Assembly: GCF_009914755.1 (NCBI RefSeq)
Contig: NC_060933.1
Direction: 5' to 3' (one strand)
Origin: the human T2T-CHM13v2.0 reference genome, Homo sapiens
Length of the DNA: 64,000 nt
In this document: positions 26,793-41,310 of the stretch, one piece after another
How the letters are laid out: the number at the start of each line of letters is the position of its first letter
Position numbering within the stretch: the stretch's first letter is position 1
The notes under the pieces: generated by a model
Databases searched by the model: none
Told to the model about the DNA's origin: nothing
What the model saw: the letters and a program-made list of their open reading frames with translations, nothing else
Translations under genes and position numbers: made by a program

Positions 26793-28989
26793 TTTATTTA
26801 TTTATTCTTATTAATTTAGTTTAATTTATTATCGTTTATTTTTTCCATAAGTTATTGGGGTACAGGTGGTATTGGGGTACATGAGTAAGTTCTTTAGTGG
26901 TGATTTGTGAGATTTTGGTGCACCCATAATGTGAGCAGTATACACTGAACCATATTTGCAGACTTTTATCCCTCACCTCCCTCCAACTCCTGCTCCCAAG
27001 TCCTCAAAGTTCATTGTATCATTCTTATGCCTTTGGGTTCTCATAGCTTAGATCCCACATATCAGTGAGAACATACAATGTTTAGTTTTCCATTCCTGAG
27101 TTGCTGATTTAGAATAATAGTCTTCAATCTCATCCAGGTCACTGCAAATGCTGTTAATTCATTCCTTTTTCCATATATATATGATGGAATACTATACAGC
27201 CATATATATATATATGATGGAATAGTATACAGCCATAAAAAGGAATGAATTAACATTATCAGAGTTTCTTTATCCACTCGTTGATTGATGGGCATTTGGG
27301 TTGGTTCCATGATTTTGCAATTGTGAATTGTGCTGCTATAAACATGCTTGTGCAAGTATCTTTTTCGAATAATGACTTCTTTTCCTTTGCATAGATACCC
27401 AATAGTGGGATTGCTGGATCAAATGGTAGTTCTACTTTTAGTTCTTTAAGGAATCTCCACACTGTTTTCCATAGTGGCTATACTAGTTTGCATTTCCACT
27501 AGCAGTGTAGAAGTGTTCCCTGTTCACCACATCCATGCCAACATCTATTGTTTTCTGATTTTTTTGTTTGGCCATTCTTGCAGGAGTAAGGTGGTATCAC
27601 ATTGTGGTTTTCATTTGCATTTCCCTGATCATTAGTGATGTTGAGCATTTTTTTCATATATTTGTTGGCCATTTGTGTATCTTCTTTTGATAATTGTCTA
27701 TTCATGTCCTTAGTCCACTTTTTGATGGGATTTTTTGTTTTTTTCTTACTGATTTGTTTGGGTTCTTTGTAGATTCTGGATATTAGTCCTTTGTCAGACG
27801 TATAGATTGTGAAGATTTTCTCCCACTCTGTGGGTTATCTGTTTACTCTGCTGACTGTTCCTTTTGCTGTGCAAAAGCTCTTTAGTTTAATTAGGTACCA
27901 GCTATTTATCTTTGTTTTTGTTGCTTTTGCTTTTGGGTTCTTAGTTATGAAATCCTTGCCTAAGCTAATGTCTAGAAGGGTTTTTCCAATGTTATCTTCT
28001 AGAATTTTTACAATTTCAGCTCTTAGGTTTAAGTCCTTATTCCTTCTTGAATTTATTTTTGTATAAGGTGAGACATAAGGATCCAGTTTTATTCTCCCAC
28101 ATGTGGCTAGCCAGTTATCCCAGCACCATTTGTTGAAAAGGGTGTGCTTTCCCCAATTCATGTTTTTGTTTGCTTTGTCAAAGATCAGTTAGCTGTAAGC
28201 ATTTGGGATTATTTCTGGGTTCTCTATTCTTTTCCATTGGCCAATGTGTCTATTTTTACACCAGTACCACACCATTTTGGTGACTATGGTCTCATAGTAT
28301 AGTTTGAAATCAGATAGTGTGATGCCTCCAGATTTGTTCTTTTTGCTTAGTCTTGCTTTGGCTATGCAGGCTCTTTTTTGCTTCCATATGAAATTTAGAA
28401 TTTTTTTTTCTAATTTTATGAAGATAATGGTGGTATTTTGATGGGAATTGTATTGAATTTGTTGATTGCTTTTGGCAGTATGGTCATTTTCACAATATCG
28501 ATTATGCCCATCCATGAGCATGGGATGTGTTTCCATTTGGTCGTGTCATCTATGATTTCTTTCAGCAGTGTTTTGTAGTTTTCCTTGTAGAGGTCTTTCA
28601 ACTCCTTGGTTAGATATATTCCTAAGTATTTTATTTTATTTTTTTTTGCAGCTATTGTAAAAGAGATTGAGTTCTTGATTTGATTTTCTGCTTGGTCCCT
28701 GTTGGTGTGTAGAAGAGCTACTGATGTGTGTATATTAATCTTGTATCTGGAAACTTTGCTGAATTTTTTTTTTATCAGTTCTAGGAGCTTTCTGGAGGAG
28801 TCCTTAAGGTTTTCAAGGTAAACGATCATATTGTCAGTAAACAGTGACAATTTGACTTCCCCTTTATCGATTTGGATGCCCTTTATCTCTTTCTTTTGTC
28901 TGATTGCTCTGGCTAGGACTTCCAGTACTATGTTGAAGAGGAGTGGTGAGAGTGGGCATTCTTGTCTTGTTTAGTTCTCAGAGGGAATG
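26793..28989 (-). mobile_element. 5'-truncated L1PB (L1PB1-like): 3' UTR plus degenerate ORF2 C-terminal half
   Basis: ORF2 remnants on the minus strand ([13 protein letters not shown] where FADD is expected, [41 protein letters not shown]), broken by frameshifts; L1PB-type 3' UTR. Confidence 0.93.
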
Positions 28990-29259
28990 TTACCAAAAAT
29001 ATTACCAAAAATAAAGAAGAATTTTTTTAATGATAAAGAGATCAATTCAGTTGTAAGACATAACATTTACAAATTTGTATTCACTCATATCAATCTTTAA
29101 AATATATAAAATGAAAATTGAGAGAAATAAAAGGATAAATGAAAAAAATAATGGAAATAAAGGATAAATAATGGAGAAATGAAGGATAAATGGGAAAAAA
29201 AAAACAGAGCTTCCACCACTACCACTTCCCGTCCATGTTCCCAGAACATTGTCCTTTTG

Positions 29260-29620
29260 ATGGAAAGCTGTTATCTGAGTGCGGGTAGTTTATTTGGAAG
29301 GAGGCCCCAACAAATTTTGCTAGATCTGAGACACAGAGGGGAGGGAAATATCATCAAGCCAGTTGCTATTATAAGCTACTGGAGCTCAGTCCCATGGAGA
29401 GCCCTGGGTGATGGTATGGATCATGACTAAAGGCTGAACCAACAGAGAAGCAAGGAAGCTGTACTATGTCAGAGGGCTGTTCACAGGGGCATTGATTCTA
29501 TGCCCTCTGCCTTGCCCTGTGCTTGGGCCAAATAGACTCTTATGACCAGAAAAAAAGAAAATTACATGTGCTCACTTTGTGTTAAGCAGCCTTTGGTGTG
29601 CAGAGGTTAATAATGAAGGC
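29260..29620 (-). mobile_element. LTR16-like ERVL LTR fragment
   Basis: 'gagtgcgggtagtttatttggaagg', 'atcaagccagttgc...actggagctcagtccc'. Confidence 0.55.
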
Positions 29621-29757
29621 ATGTGGGCAGAGCTTCTATAAGGACAATTATAGGGGTAATACCCTGTACCTCTCAGAGTTGTTGTGAGAATAAATGATGT
29701 AAGTGCCTGGTGCTTGATATATATAAATTTGTTTTTTTTTTTTTTTTCAGAAAATCA

Positions 29758-30070
29758 GGCCAGGCATGGTGGCTCACAACTGTAATCCCAGCACTATAGG
29801 AGGCCAAGGCAGATGGATGGCTTGAGCCTAGGAGTTTGAGACCAGCCTGGGCAGAATAGTGAGACCCTATTTCTACAAAAAATACAGAAAAATCAGCCAG
29901 GCTTGGTGGCATGCTCCTGTAGTCCGAGCTACTCGGAAAGCTGAGGTGGGAGAGTCACTTCAGCCTGGGAGATCAAGACTGCAGTGAGCAGTGATGAAAC
30001 TACTGCACTCCAGCCTGGGTTTCAGAGCAAGTCCCTGTCTCAGAAAGAAAAAAAAAAAGAAAAAAGAAAA
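29758..30070 (+). mobile_element. AluJ
   Basis: Diverged dimer with 'gcttgagcctaggagtttgagaccagcctgggc'. Confidence 0.92.
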
Positions 30071-30542
30071 CAAGTCAGTATTTTCCCCCCAAAGAAAGGC
30101 TCATGGGAATCTTACAAAATGAGGTTTTAGGAACCAAAATTACTTCATGTAGTACTCTCTAGTAAAGGCAGAGGATGCAAATGTTGCAGTGGGTCTCTGG
30201 TCAGCCGCCATGAGTCTCTTGGATCTAACACTTGCTCTCTTCAGACTTCAGTTTCCTCATAAGGTGAGAACAAGGCTGTATCTCAGTGCTCTGGGCCTGC
30301 TCACACATCCTGCTCATATGAATGTGAGAGCCACACCAGCCCTCTGGGAAGTAGTCCCTCAAACAGCAGCCCAGTGCAGGGGGAAGGATGCAAACACTAC
30401 AGGCAGATCAGTTTAATCCACTTTTGGGCAGGGTGACCTTAGGAAAGCCCATTTCCTTCTGCCTCAATTGTCACCTCTGTAAAATGGAAACAATAATATT
30501 TATTTCCGTGGCTGTTTGGAGGATTACATAAAATAACAAATA

Positions 30543-31522
<980 letters not shown>

Positions 31523-32499
31523 TGCTTAGTAATTGGCCAGTAAAAAACTGGCAGCTTATTATATTATCATCAGGGAAAGCATAGGGTCTGGTAAAGATCT
31601 GTTAGGGTGCACTAGGAATCCAAACTCCAACTGGTGCCCATAGGAGTGGGAGGGAAATCTGCAAGTGTGGAGCCCCTCAAATCAATGCTCCAGGGAGCCT
31701 TGAGTCCCTCTGTCACCTCTCGGCCAGGTCTCCAAGAACTCCCTAACTCCTTGGACTTAACTCTTGGATCTCCCTGACAATTGCAGTAGGTGAAAACTCC
31801 AGGGCCGCAGCAGGAGGCTGCTGCATTTGATGTCGAGGCTGTTGGCCCTCTCTATGCCTAGGATAAGCCCCGTTTGGCCTGGTCCAACTCAACCTGGCTC
31901 AAACGGCTGCATGCCATTGCTCGTAAGCACAGGCCTGTATCCTGCCATTGTTCTGGGAATGACCACGGTGGGACCGACCAGCAGGAGAATAGCACTACAG
32001 ATAGGGAGTGTGTTTCCAAACTGCAGGGTCACAGGGAAAAAGAAACTGACCTGTTCCACATCACACCACCCCCTTCCTGCTCTCCACCCTAACTCTCCGG
32101 TCAGGTGACCAGAGAAGCCCCAGGGGGTCCTTAACCTGGATTTGTGCACTTTCCCAGGAAGCCAGCAGGAAAAGAAAGGGAACTCCCATTTCTCAAGCCT
32201 TTCTCTGTGCCAAGCCTGGTGCTTGCCACTTTCCATTTCCTGCCTCGTGGAGTCCTCCCAATAACCCTGCAGTGTCCAGACCATCCTGGGTTTCAGATGA
32301 GGAAACTGAGGTTCAGAGTGGCCCAGTGAATAGCAATGAATGCAACCCCATTTGACGTTTGGCAGCATTAACTCATTTTGAGCCACAATGCGGGATTCTG
32401 TTACAGAGACTTTTCAAAGAGCATAAAAGAGTTGCATAAAAGCGACTTCACAGGGGCCCTGTAACAATCATTAAGATAAAATATAATAATAATAATAAG

Positions 32500-32740
32500 A
32501 GCAATAACGACAACTTCTGAGTGTTTTCTAAATGAATAAACTATACTAAGTGCTTTACATAACTTTCCCTCAATTAACCATTTCTGCGACATTCTGAGTT
32601 ATGAATTATCATTATGCCCATTTTACAAATGAGGTATCTGAGGCTCAGAGATGTAAGCTGACTTGCCTGAGGTTACGGAGGTCATAACTTAGAAAACAGG
32701 GGAGCGGGGGACTAGAATCCAGAGCCTCTCCTCTTACTTG
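32500..32740 (-). mobile_element. MIR
   Basis: 'cccattttacaaatgaggtatctgaggctcagaga...acttgcctgaggttac'. Confidence 0.75.
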
Positions 32741-34434
32741 TCACGCTAGAGGCTGGGGCCAAAGTGGGGCCCCTTTCTCACTCTCAATCCCCCTCCCATA
32801 CCCTCGGTGTCTCTTTCATCTCACAGTGCGACAGGCAGCAAAGGTTGCCAGGAGCCCCAGTCCCTTCGTCTGCAGGAAGAGGCCAGAGCCTTCTAAACCA
32901 GAGGTACTGTGCTTGCTGCTGCTGCTGCCTGGTTATTCCCATCCCTTCCTGCTCATTAGCCTCATTCTCTTCCTCATCCCCACCAGTTTCATCCCCATCA
33001 TGCTACAGGGCTCAAAAGATTCCTACTCTCCCAGCCTCCTTTTGGCTCCAACTTGTTCATTTTTAGAGTTTCTTGTAAGCTCCAGGACTTCTGTTCTGTT
33101 AGCCTTTGTTTCCACAGAGAAGGACAATGAAAGGACCTACCATTTATTGAAGTCCTACTGGATGCTGGGCACTGTGTTAAGCCACCATGCCCAGTGATGA
33201 GTATTACTACCACCCTTTTACAGACGAAGTCACTTGAGAAAGATCAAGTCACTTCCCCAAGATAACAGTGGATGATTCTCATAGAGCTAGAATTGGAAAC
33301 CTGGAAAAGAATTACTGAGGAATCCTTGGTTTTGAAAGAATATCATCTGCTTCCTTTTCTCTCCTCCATTCCCTTCCTGCTAGTGTGTTCATTAGTGTTT
33401 TAATGGGGTGGTTTTCTTAGGGGGACTATGAATTTGGAGCTTTCATCTGATGGCCCACCAATACTTGCAATGGGATCAATGAGCTCTTCACACTCAGGAG
33501 GTACCCAAATTGCATGCACATAGAGTTTCTAAGTATTTCTTGATCATCTCTCACTGCAAGGCCAACACAGAAGCACGCATACAATCCCAGCATCTTCTCT
33601 CCTGTCCTGATCTTGGGGGTGGGCGGTGAGGGTAATAGTTAAATTGTGGGAGGTAAGGCAGATGGATGGGAGGTGCTGAGCTCCTGACTTGCAGCCCTCA
33701 TTCACGCCCTGGCTGATGCAGGCTTCCTCCCACTTGCATTGTGCTGACCACATGGCCTTGTCATGGAAACATAGACTGGAGCCTCATGAGCAGGCCAAAT
33801 CTCTCCATCCCTCAGGACACTGCTGGAACAAGAGGCTGTGGAAAGCCTCGTTTGGCACTGGGAAAGGTAGTCTTGGGCTTTGGAGCCAGAAAGACCAGGG
33901 TTCCGTGGTCAGTGCCACAGTTTATCTGAGTGACCTTGGGTAAGTCACTCTACCTCTCTGAACTCCAGTTCCCTCACCTATAAAATGGAGAAAATAATGC
34001 AAACGTTATAAGGCCAGGAATTTAGCAAAAGTATGTATTTTGGTAATAAACCAGGTGCTCAATAGATGTCATTCTCCCTCCTTCTCTTCCTCTTCAGAGC
34101 AGGATTAGGGTGAGAAGAGCTAAAAGAAGGTCTCCAAATCCACTTTTCATCAGCCACCTTAGGACAGAACTAATTCCCTGCCCAAAGGCTCCTGGCCAGA
34201 ATGACAATCAGTCCAAAGCTGAAGAGTCTTCAACTGATCAGAGGCATAGATGAGCTTAGCCCACCTTTTGCCTTCCTGAATTAAAATAAAACCTCTCACT
34301 AGAGATACTAAGGGAAATCCTTTAGAAGCTGAAGTCAGTGAGAATGAACACAATAAAGAATTTTGGACATGGTTTACATTTTATGCATGCTATTATTAAA
34401 TGTTGAGTAAAATAATATGTTATCTTGAGTAGGG

Positions 34435-34670
34435 ATTAAGACCAGAGGCCCTGGAGGCCATATGTCTATACATTCAAATTCCTGCTGGCCCTCTTATTAG
34501 CTGAGTGACCTCAGGCAAGATATTTAATCTCTTTGTGCATCAATTTCCTGATGTGTTGATAGTAAGAATGAAATCTACCTCATAAAGTTGTTATAAAGAC
34601 TTAAGAAATTATTATATGTAAAATGCTTGGAGTACTGAATAACACATAGAAAGTGCTCAATAAATAATAT
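34435..34670 (+). mobile_element. MIR
   Basis: 'ttcaaattcctg...tagctgagtgacctcaggcaaga...aagtgctcaataaat'. Confidence 0.75.
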
Positions 34671-35665
34671 TTGTTTATGTATTTTATTTTACTGAGGTAG
34701 AGACTGAGTCAAAAAAAGACTAGATAGATGCCTCAGGAAAAAAGGGAGAGAAGATTCTACTTCATTAATTAGTATTCTATGTTGTTTTGTTTGGCAGCTG
34801 CTTAATTAAAAACTTCTGTAATCTTGATTAGAACTATTAATCAGTGTCAATGATTCTTTATAAATTGTGCCAGGAGTATGAGTATTAAGGTTTTGCATTT
34901 ATTAGGATGAAAAATTGCCCCCTTTAACCAGTAGTTTTATAAAACTGTTAAGAACTGGAAGAGACTTTGAATATAGGAGATTGAGAGGATTGCTACCAGT
35001 AAGGCCATGGACAACTTGCTTCTGCAGAGTGATGTTGACTTGAAGTTTCACAATTATATAACCTTCATTCATTAATTTATTAACTCAACCACATTTCATA
35101 AACAGGCACTTGCATTAGGCACTGTAGCAGGCCTACAAATAGAGAGAAAAGAAGGCCAGTCCCTGATCCCACAATGCTTGAAGTCTGCTGGGGAGATAGA
35201 AGTGCAAATGGACCATGACTGCATTGTGATCAATACCTTAATGGAGACACAAATGAGATACCGTGAAGGTGCAAGTAATGGAGTCCCAAGTCCACCAGGG
35301 GAGGCTTCACAGGGTAGTGAAGGTCATGCAGTGCATTCATGGCAGTGATAGACAGTTATCCTCACCCAGTGTTCTCTCACTGCCTCATGCTGGCTTTCCT
35401 ACCAAGCATACCTCAGTGAAAGGTCCCATAACCTGAGAGCTAACTGAATTATTGAATGTTTATTAGGAGTCAGGCACTGTGCTAGGCACTTCACATAAAT
35501 TATCTTATTTAGTTATTGCATTGGCCTTACAAGGGAAGTGCTATTATCTCCAATTTATAGATGGGAAAAATTAGACTCAAAAAAGGTTAAATAAATGTAG
35601 TAAAATCACGCAGCTGGTGCAGAGTAATGGCTGAGCTGTGGCTTAAATGCAGGTCTCTCAGGGTC

Positions 35666-38071
35666 TGTATGAGTCTTTTCTCACAGCTATAAAGAACTAC
35701 CTGAGATTGGGTAATTTATAAAGAAAAGAGGTTTAATTGCCCCAGTTCCACAGGCAGTACAGGGGGCATGGCTGGGGAGAGCTCAGGAAACTTACAATCA
35801 TGGCAGAAGGGCAAAGGGGAAGCAAGTACGTATTCACATGGTGGCAGGAGAGAGAGAGAGAGCAAAGGGGGAAGGGCTACATACTTTTAAACAACTAGAA
35901 CTCATGAGAACTCACTCTCTATCACAAGAACAGCAAGTGGGAAATCTTCCCCCATGATCCCATTACCTTCCACCAGGTCCCTCCCCCAACACTGGGATTA
36001 CAATTCAACGTGAGATTTGGGTGGGACACAGAACTGAACTATATCATTCTGCCCCTGGCCCCTCCCAAATCTCACGTCCTTCTCACATTTCAAAACCAGT
36101 CATGCCTTCCCAACAGTCCCCCAAAGTCTTAACTCATTCCAGCATTAACTCAAAAATCCAAGTCCAAAGTGTCATCTGAGACAAGGCAAGTTCCTTCCAC
36201 CTCTGAGCCTATAAAATAAAAAACAAATTAGTTACTTTCAAGATACAATGGGGGTACAGGCATTAGGTAAACCTGGAACAGAGAGAAATCAGGGTTTTTA
36301 GTGTGTTTGGCAGAAGACATTTCTAGAGAAATCGACCAAAACAAAGGGACCACAGGCTGCATGCAAGCCTGAAACCCAGCAGGGCAGTCATTAAATCTTA
36401 AAGCTCTGAAATAATCTCCTTTGACTCATGTCTCACATCTAGGGCATGCTGATGCAAGCAGCAGGGTCCCATGGCCTTGGGAAGCTTCACATCTGTGGTT
36501 CAGCAGGGTACAGCCCCCTCAGCTCCTTTCATGGGCTGGCATTGAGTGCCTAAAGCTTTTCCAGGCACACGGTGCAAGCTGTTGGTGGATCTACCATTCC
36601 GCGGTCTGGAGGATTGTGGACCTCTTCTCACAGCTCCACTAGATAGTGGCCCCGTGGAGACTCTGTGTGGGGGCTCCAACCCCACATTTCCCCTTCACAC
36701 TGTCCTAGTAGAGGTTCTCCATAAGGGCTCTACCTCTGCTGCAGACTTCTGCCTGGATATCCAGGCATTTCCATACATCCTGTGAAATCTAGGCAGAGGA
36801 TCCCAAACCTCAACTCTTGCAGTCTGCACACCTGCAGGCTCAACACCAAGTGGAAGCCACAAAGGCTTGGGGCTTGCACCCTCTAAAGCAATGGCCTGAC
36901 CTGTATATTGGCCCCTTTTAGCCATAGCAGCAACTGGAGTGGCTGGGATACAGGGCACTATGTTCTGAGGCTGTACGGAGCAGCAGGGCCCTGGACCTGG
37001 TCCATGAAACCATTTTTTCCCTCCTAGACCTCTGGGCCTGTGATGGCAGGGGCTGCTATGAAGGTCTCTGAAATGCCTTGGAGGCATTTTCCCCACTGTT
37101 TTGGCTATTAACATTTGGCTCATCTTATGCAAATTTCTGCAGCTATCTTGAATTTCTCCCCGGAAAATGGTTTTTTCTTTCCTACCACAAAATCAGGCTG
37201 CAAACTTTCCAAACTGTTATGTTCTGCTTCGCTTTTAAATATAAGATCTCTTTACTTGTGGAAGTGAGTGTAGGCTTTTAGAAGCACCCAGGCCACATCT
37301 TGTATGCTTTGCTGATTAGAAATTTCTTCTGACAGATATCTTAAATCATCTCTCTCAAGTTCAAAGTTCCACAGATCCCTAGAGCAGGGGCACAATGCCT
37401 CCAGTCTCTTTGCTAAAGCATAGCAAGAGTGACCTTCACTCCAGTTCCCAGTAAATTCCTCATCTCCATTTGAGACCACCTCAGCCTGGACTTCATTGCC
37501 CATATAACTGTCAGCATTTTGATCCCAACCATTTAACAAGTCTCTAGGAAGTTCTAAACTTTCCCTCATCACCTTATCTTCTTCTGAGCCTTCCAAACAG
37601 TTCCAAACTCTGCCCATTACCCAGTTCCGAGGTCATTTCCACATTTTCAGGTATGTTTAGAGCAATAGCCTGCTCCTGGTACCAATTTTCTGTATTAGTC
37701 CCTTCTCACACTGCTATAAAGAACTACCTGAGACCAGGTACCTTATAAAGGAAAGAGGTTAAATTGACTCACATTTCCACAAGCTGTACAGGAGGCACGG
37801 CTAGGGAGGCCTCAGGCAACTTATGATCATGGCAGGAGGGAAGGGGAAGTAAGCATGCCTTCACATGGCAACAGGAGAGAGTGGGCGAAGGGGGAAGTGC
37901 TACACACTTTTAAATAACCAGCTCTCATGAAAACTCATGCACTATCATGAGAACAGCAAGGGGGAAATTCACCCCCATGATCCAATCACCTCCCACCAGG
38001 TCCCTCCCCCAACACTGGGGATTACAATTCAGCATGAGATTTGAGCCAGGACACAGAGCCAAACCATATCA
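35666..38071 (-). mobile_element. Two-LTR MSTA (ERVL-MaLR) element: LTR 37691-38071, internal 36047-37690, LTR 35666-36046
   Basis: Two ~380-bp direct-repeat LTRs (TGTAT...ATATCA) around a 1.64-kb MST-int; TSD GGGTC at 35661-35665 / GGATC at 38072-38076. Confidence 0.92.
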
Positions 38072-38384
38072 GGATCCAGTCCCTGTGCCAGCAAGGCTAA
38101 TCAACTAGCTCTATTATGTTTTCACTGAGTCTATAATTCCACCTGAAGTAGAACCTTTACCCAGATGCCCTGTCTGAAAAGCCTGGGCTTTAAGATTATG
38201 TGATATGGAGGAAAGAACTTAGGATTTGAAATGGTTTGCATTGTCCTATTGCCTTCTAGCCATAAGGTGCTTACTACCTAGAACCTAAGCTTAATCTTAT
38301 GAAAAAATGGGCCTAGTGACATGCATATCTTTTCTTGGGGTCTTATGAGGCTTCCATGAAAGAAAAGAGAATAATTCTAAGACA

Positions 38385-38491
38385 GTATTTTATAAAAGTA
38401 AAATGTATGTTAAAGTATGTTATTGGAGAAGAAGTGTATTTTATAAAAATAAAATTTATGTTAAAGTATGTTATTGGAGAAGAAGTGTATT
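38385..38491. repeat. 51-bp tandem duplication
   Basis: GTATTTTATAAAA(G/A)TAAAAT(G/T)TATGTTAAAGTATGTTATTGGAGAAGAAGT twice, 2 mismatches. Confidence 0.95.
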
Positions 38492-38640
38492 GGACAGGCA
38501 ATGGAAAGTATCCTAGCTAGTTTAGGCAGAAAAACAATTTAATGTAAGGAAAATGATGTGTACAAAATCGTTGGAAGTTCTAGAAAATGAGCTCTAGATT
38601 AAAAGATAATTTTGAAATATAGTTTTTAGCATTTAATTAT

Positions 38641-38936
38641 TATTAGTTTTTTGAGACATGGTCTCACTCCATTGCTCAGGTTGGAGTGCAGTAGTACAAT
38701 CATGGCTCACTGCAGTCTCAGCCTCCTGGGCTCAGGTGATTCTCCCACCTCAGCCTCCTAAGTAGCTGGGACTACAGGTGCAAACCACCACACCCAGCTA
38801 ATTTTTAAAAATATTTTGTATAAAGGGGGATTTCGCCATGATGCCCAGGCTGATCTCAAATTCTTGAGGTCAATAATCCACCTAACTGGCCCTCCCAAAA
38901 TGTTGGGATTACAGGCGGGAGCCACTGTGCCTGGCC
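38641..38936 (-). mobile_element. AluJ
   Basis: Dimer; TSD CATTTAATTAT at 38630-38640 and 38938-38948. Confidence 0.92.
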
Positions 38937-39650
38937 TCATTTAATTATCTATAATCAGAAATATACTGAAGAGGCTCGAAAAGACACTAGGCAAACCCAC
39001 AGTTTGGTTCAAATGCTTATATGCAGTGATTTAGCAGAGGACTCAACTTTGGCTATGCCAGATGGCCCCTTCTCCAAAGATGGAACCAGGAATACGTTGG
39101 CCTCTACCCTTCCTCATCCTACTGAGAGTTGAGGAGCAAGGAGTGGGGTGGGATTAGGAAGACTGGGACATCAAGAGCTTTCAGAACACAAGGACTGGCA
39201 AAGCTAGAAACCCTACAATAGGCAGTCAAGAAGAGCACCACAACTTTGAAAGTCAGCAGAGGAGAGCAGTGAATAGGATCAAGAGTTGAAGAGGGAGAGC
39301 AGGTGGAGATGACATAGAGAATGGAGCTACTCCATGCACTCTAAGACCAGCTCTGTTTGCAGCTGACTTTCAGTAACCACCATGAGTGCCATATGTGGAT
39401 GAGTCAGTCCAGCTGAAAGGATAGGACATGGGACATAAAGAGAGGCCATGGGTTAAAACATACAATGTCTTCCTTCTCAGGAAGATCTCTGTGAAATAAA
39501 ACATATTATACCCGCCTCTCTAGGACATTAAGATATGTATGTACTTCCAATACTTTCCTCATTACCATTCTATGCTTACATATTCACTTTCAAGCAATGA
39601 TCAGTTTCATTTGATCAATGAAAACCAAATTTTCAGCTAAATGTAATTCA

Positions 39651-40118
<468 letters not shown>

Positions 40119-40829
40119 GAAAATGAAAATATTTTCTAACTTCATCATCATCATTAAAGAAGATCTATAATTAGAAATTAATCTCCCAGTTACCTTTTTT
40201 GTAAAGGCAGACATGGGATTTTTCTTAAGGCTTTGCAGTTCTTTTCTTATAAGCTGAGGATATATTCTTTTATAGTCATGTCAAGGCCATCACCACTGGT
40301 TGTCATGGAGATGGTTATGGCACCGTGGCAAGTGCCCCGTTAGCATGCCTGCTTTCCTAAGGACAGGATGGCTGGTGGTGTTGGTAGGGATGTAAGAAGA
40401 GGAAGGAGTAATTAAAAGTGATGAAAGTAACAAGCATGAGCAAAATTACTTCTTAAATTCTAAGGAGAGATTTCACAATTTTATTTAACATGAATGAAAT
40501 AGATAGGCACTGTCTCAATAAATGATCACGGGTGGTGTGTCCCTGTGGGGAAGCCAGATTATGGTGCTGATTCTAGTAGGGGTGGTCCAGCACATCTGGC
40601 ACCCTGGACTGTCTTTACTGGCTCAAGCAGGAAGGGGCTGGTGGGGCCGAGACTCTGGTCTAGGGAGCATGTCCAGACGGTAGCAACATTGCTGTTGCTT
40701 CTGTCCCGGTTAAAATTAGAGCCAACGGCATCTTGAGAGCACTTTCTCCAAAACTCGTTTCATAATTAGGAAAAGTGAGGCCCAGAGAGTTTCTGGGAAT
40801 TTTCTCCCCTTATTTTGAATCCTGAATGT

Positions 40830-41310
40830 ATAAAATTTTGAAAAAGTAAGTAATTGATTTGAACATAAAGGTCCTAAATATACAAATCCAAATGGTAAAT
40901 GAACACATAGGAAAATATTTAGCTTCACTAATAATCAAAGAAATGCTAATAAAAAACTGGTGTACCATTTCTTTCCTATTTTTACAAATGTAATGCTAAT
41001 GCTCAGAAGTAGAGGAAGTATGAGAGACTTGGGCCATCTCATTCTCTCAGGGACGACACGAATTGATTGGTGCAATCTTTCTAAAGGGCATTTTGGCAAT
41101 ACATGTCAATAAGTGTCAAGAAGCTTAAAAATGTACACTCAGTTTTTGACACAGCAGCTAGAATTTTAGAAATTTATCTTGTAAGCATATTATAGATGCA
41201 CACAATTAGCCACAGGTTGTTCATTTTTTGGATACAAGATATGTGTTATAAAGCATGAGACTATTTACATAGCATATTCATAAAATGGGATACTTGTCAC
41301 TGTAAAAAAA
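40830..41310 (+). mobile_element. Old L1M fragment
   Basis: 'cttcactaataatcaaagaaatgc', 'ttggtgcaatctttctaaagggcattttggcaatac'. Confidence 0.6.

Noticed and set aside
27062-28850. ORFs with reverse-transcriptase-like peptides
   Set aside because: Frameshifted L1 ORF2 remnants; the catalytic FADD motif reads FTDN and the element is 5'-truncated
29120-29195. Degenerate AAGGATAAAT repeats as a CRISPR-like or regulatory array
   Set aside because: Low-complexity slippage in an old L1 fragment; no spacer structure and eukaryotic context
31807-31822. Possible CTCF site GCAGCAGGAGGCTG
   Set aside because: Three mismatches to the core consensus
36421-37617. Cluster of longer ORFs (up to 145 aa)
   Set aside because: Broken MST internal sequence; no intact reading frame
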